Made by a program: the position numbers and the translations under genes. The notes beneath the pieces were generated by a model that searched no databases, had not been told where the DNA came from, and saw nothing but the letters and a program-made list of their open reading frames with translations. DNA of 64,000 nt. Source: Chrysomallon squamiferum (Eukaryota > Animalia > Mollusca). Below, one piece after another: positions 62,674 to 64,000 of this stretch (position 1 is its first letter; each line of letters begins with the position of its first letter). The stretch covers positions 48,236,001 to 48,300,000 of the forward strand of contig CM022665.1 of assembly GCA_012295275.1 (NCBI GenBank), written 5' to 3'.

Positions 62674-63435
62674 ACTAATACAGTGTAAAACTTTGAGATC
62701 ACCTACATAGTTACACATTCTCTGAGATGTTCTACGTTTAACAAAGATACTAATACAGTGTAAAACTTTGAAATTAACTGTATAACAAAGATTCTGATAC
62801 AGTGTTTAACTTTGAAATTAACTCTGTATAACAAAGTTACTAATACAGTGTAAAACTTTGAAATTAACTTTGTATAACAAAGATTCTGATACAGTGTTTA
62901 ACTTTGAAATTAACTCTGTATAACAAAGTTACTAATACAGTGTAAAACTTTGAAATCACCTACATAGTTACACATTCTCTAAGATGTTCTATGTATAACA
63001 AAGATACTAATACAGTGTAAAACTTTGAGATCACCTACATAGTTACACATTCTCTGAGATGTTCTATGTATAACAAATATACTAATACAGTGTAAAACTT
63101 TGAAATTAACTCTATTTAACAAAGATACTAATACAGTGTAAAACTGAGATCACCTACAAAGTTACACATTCTCTGAGATGTTCTATGTATAACAAAGATT
63201 CTGATACAGTGTTTAACTTTGAAATGAACTATGTGTGACAAAGATACTAATAGTGTAAAACTTACTTATACACTTTGAAATGTTCTATGTATAACAAAGA
63301 TACTAATACAGTGTTTAACTTACTTATACACTTTGAAATGTTCTATGTATAACAAAGATACTAATACAGTGTTTAACTTACTTATACACTTTGAAATGTT
63401 CTATGTATAACAAAGATACTAACACAGTGTATAAC
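62674..63435. repeat. Complex repeat (tataacaaagatactaatacagtgtaaaactttga)
   Basis: Direct. Confidence 0.88.
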
Positions 63436-63717
63436 TACATATTAATACAGTTCAACTATATATATAGATACAGTGTATAACAGATGAACTAAGATAAAGA
63501 AATATAAAAACATGAACACTTTGTTGTACACTTTGGCAAACTTTCTCTACTTGGATTCGAGAAAGAGGCCAATGACTTGTGCAGAGTAAAATGTTTTGTA
63601 ATTACTTTTTCTGCTCATGTAACAATGTGCTTTGAGCTGCCTAATCAGTCATGTAACAAACTAATTTACTTATTTCACTCCTTGAGTCACCACAAAACAG
63701 CCTGATTGTTTGTTTGT

Positions 63718-63718
63718 T

Positions 63719-63782
<64 letters not shown>

Positions 63783-63822
63783 GTAATAGTAATTATAGTA
63801 GTAGTAGTAATTATTATTATTG
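63718..63822. repeat. (TAA)n microsatellite
   Basis: Direct. Confidence 0.95.
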
Positions 63823-64000
63823 TTGTTGATGATGTTACTGTTGTTGTTGATGTTGTTTGTTTCACCTCTTTGTTGCTGTCTTGTTTTTCTTTTTTTTTGT
63901 TTAAACAAAGATAGACAGACAGATAGATAGATAGAAAGGTAGGTACAGACAGACAGACAGACAGAGAGACAGACAGGCAGGCAGGTATGTAAGCAGACAG

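Overview
AT-rich animal genomic DNA, not prokaryotic; probably a lophotrochozoan or mollusc-like invertebrate (an impression only). The one protein-coding gene I can support is a PDE3-family cGMP-inhibited cyclic nucleotide phosphodiesterase on the minus strand. I reconstructed 11 GT-AG exons between 10465 and position 1. Their phases join into one open frame of about 750 aa covering the regulatory RRSLPP/TWTTTT region, the HD catalytic domain with the PDE3-specific insert, and the acidic C-terminal segment. The last exon runs off the left edge. The remaining ~53 kb looks like upstream PDE3 intron, filled with dozens of unrelated minisatellites and microsatellites and no recognisable transposon ORFs. 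Almost all long ORFs in the track are repeat artefacts. Main observations: (1) minisatellites seeded from the gene's own exon-intron junctions, which create arrays of duplicated splice sites, some in frame; (2) two candidate phase-0 alternative first exons; (3) about ten RFX X-box-like palindromes, clustered near 27.4-27.6 kb; (4) a strong CTCF motif; (5) a possible nested antisense spliced transcript. Exon coordinates were read by hand and repeat boundaries are approximate.
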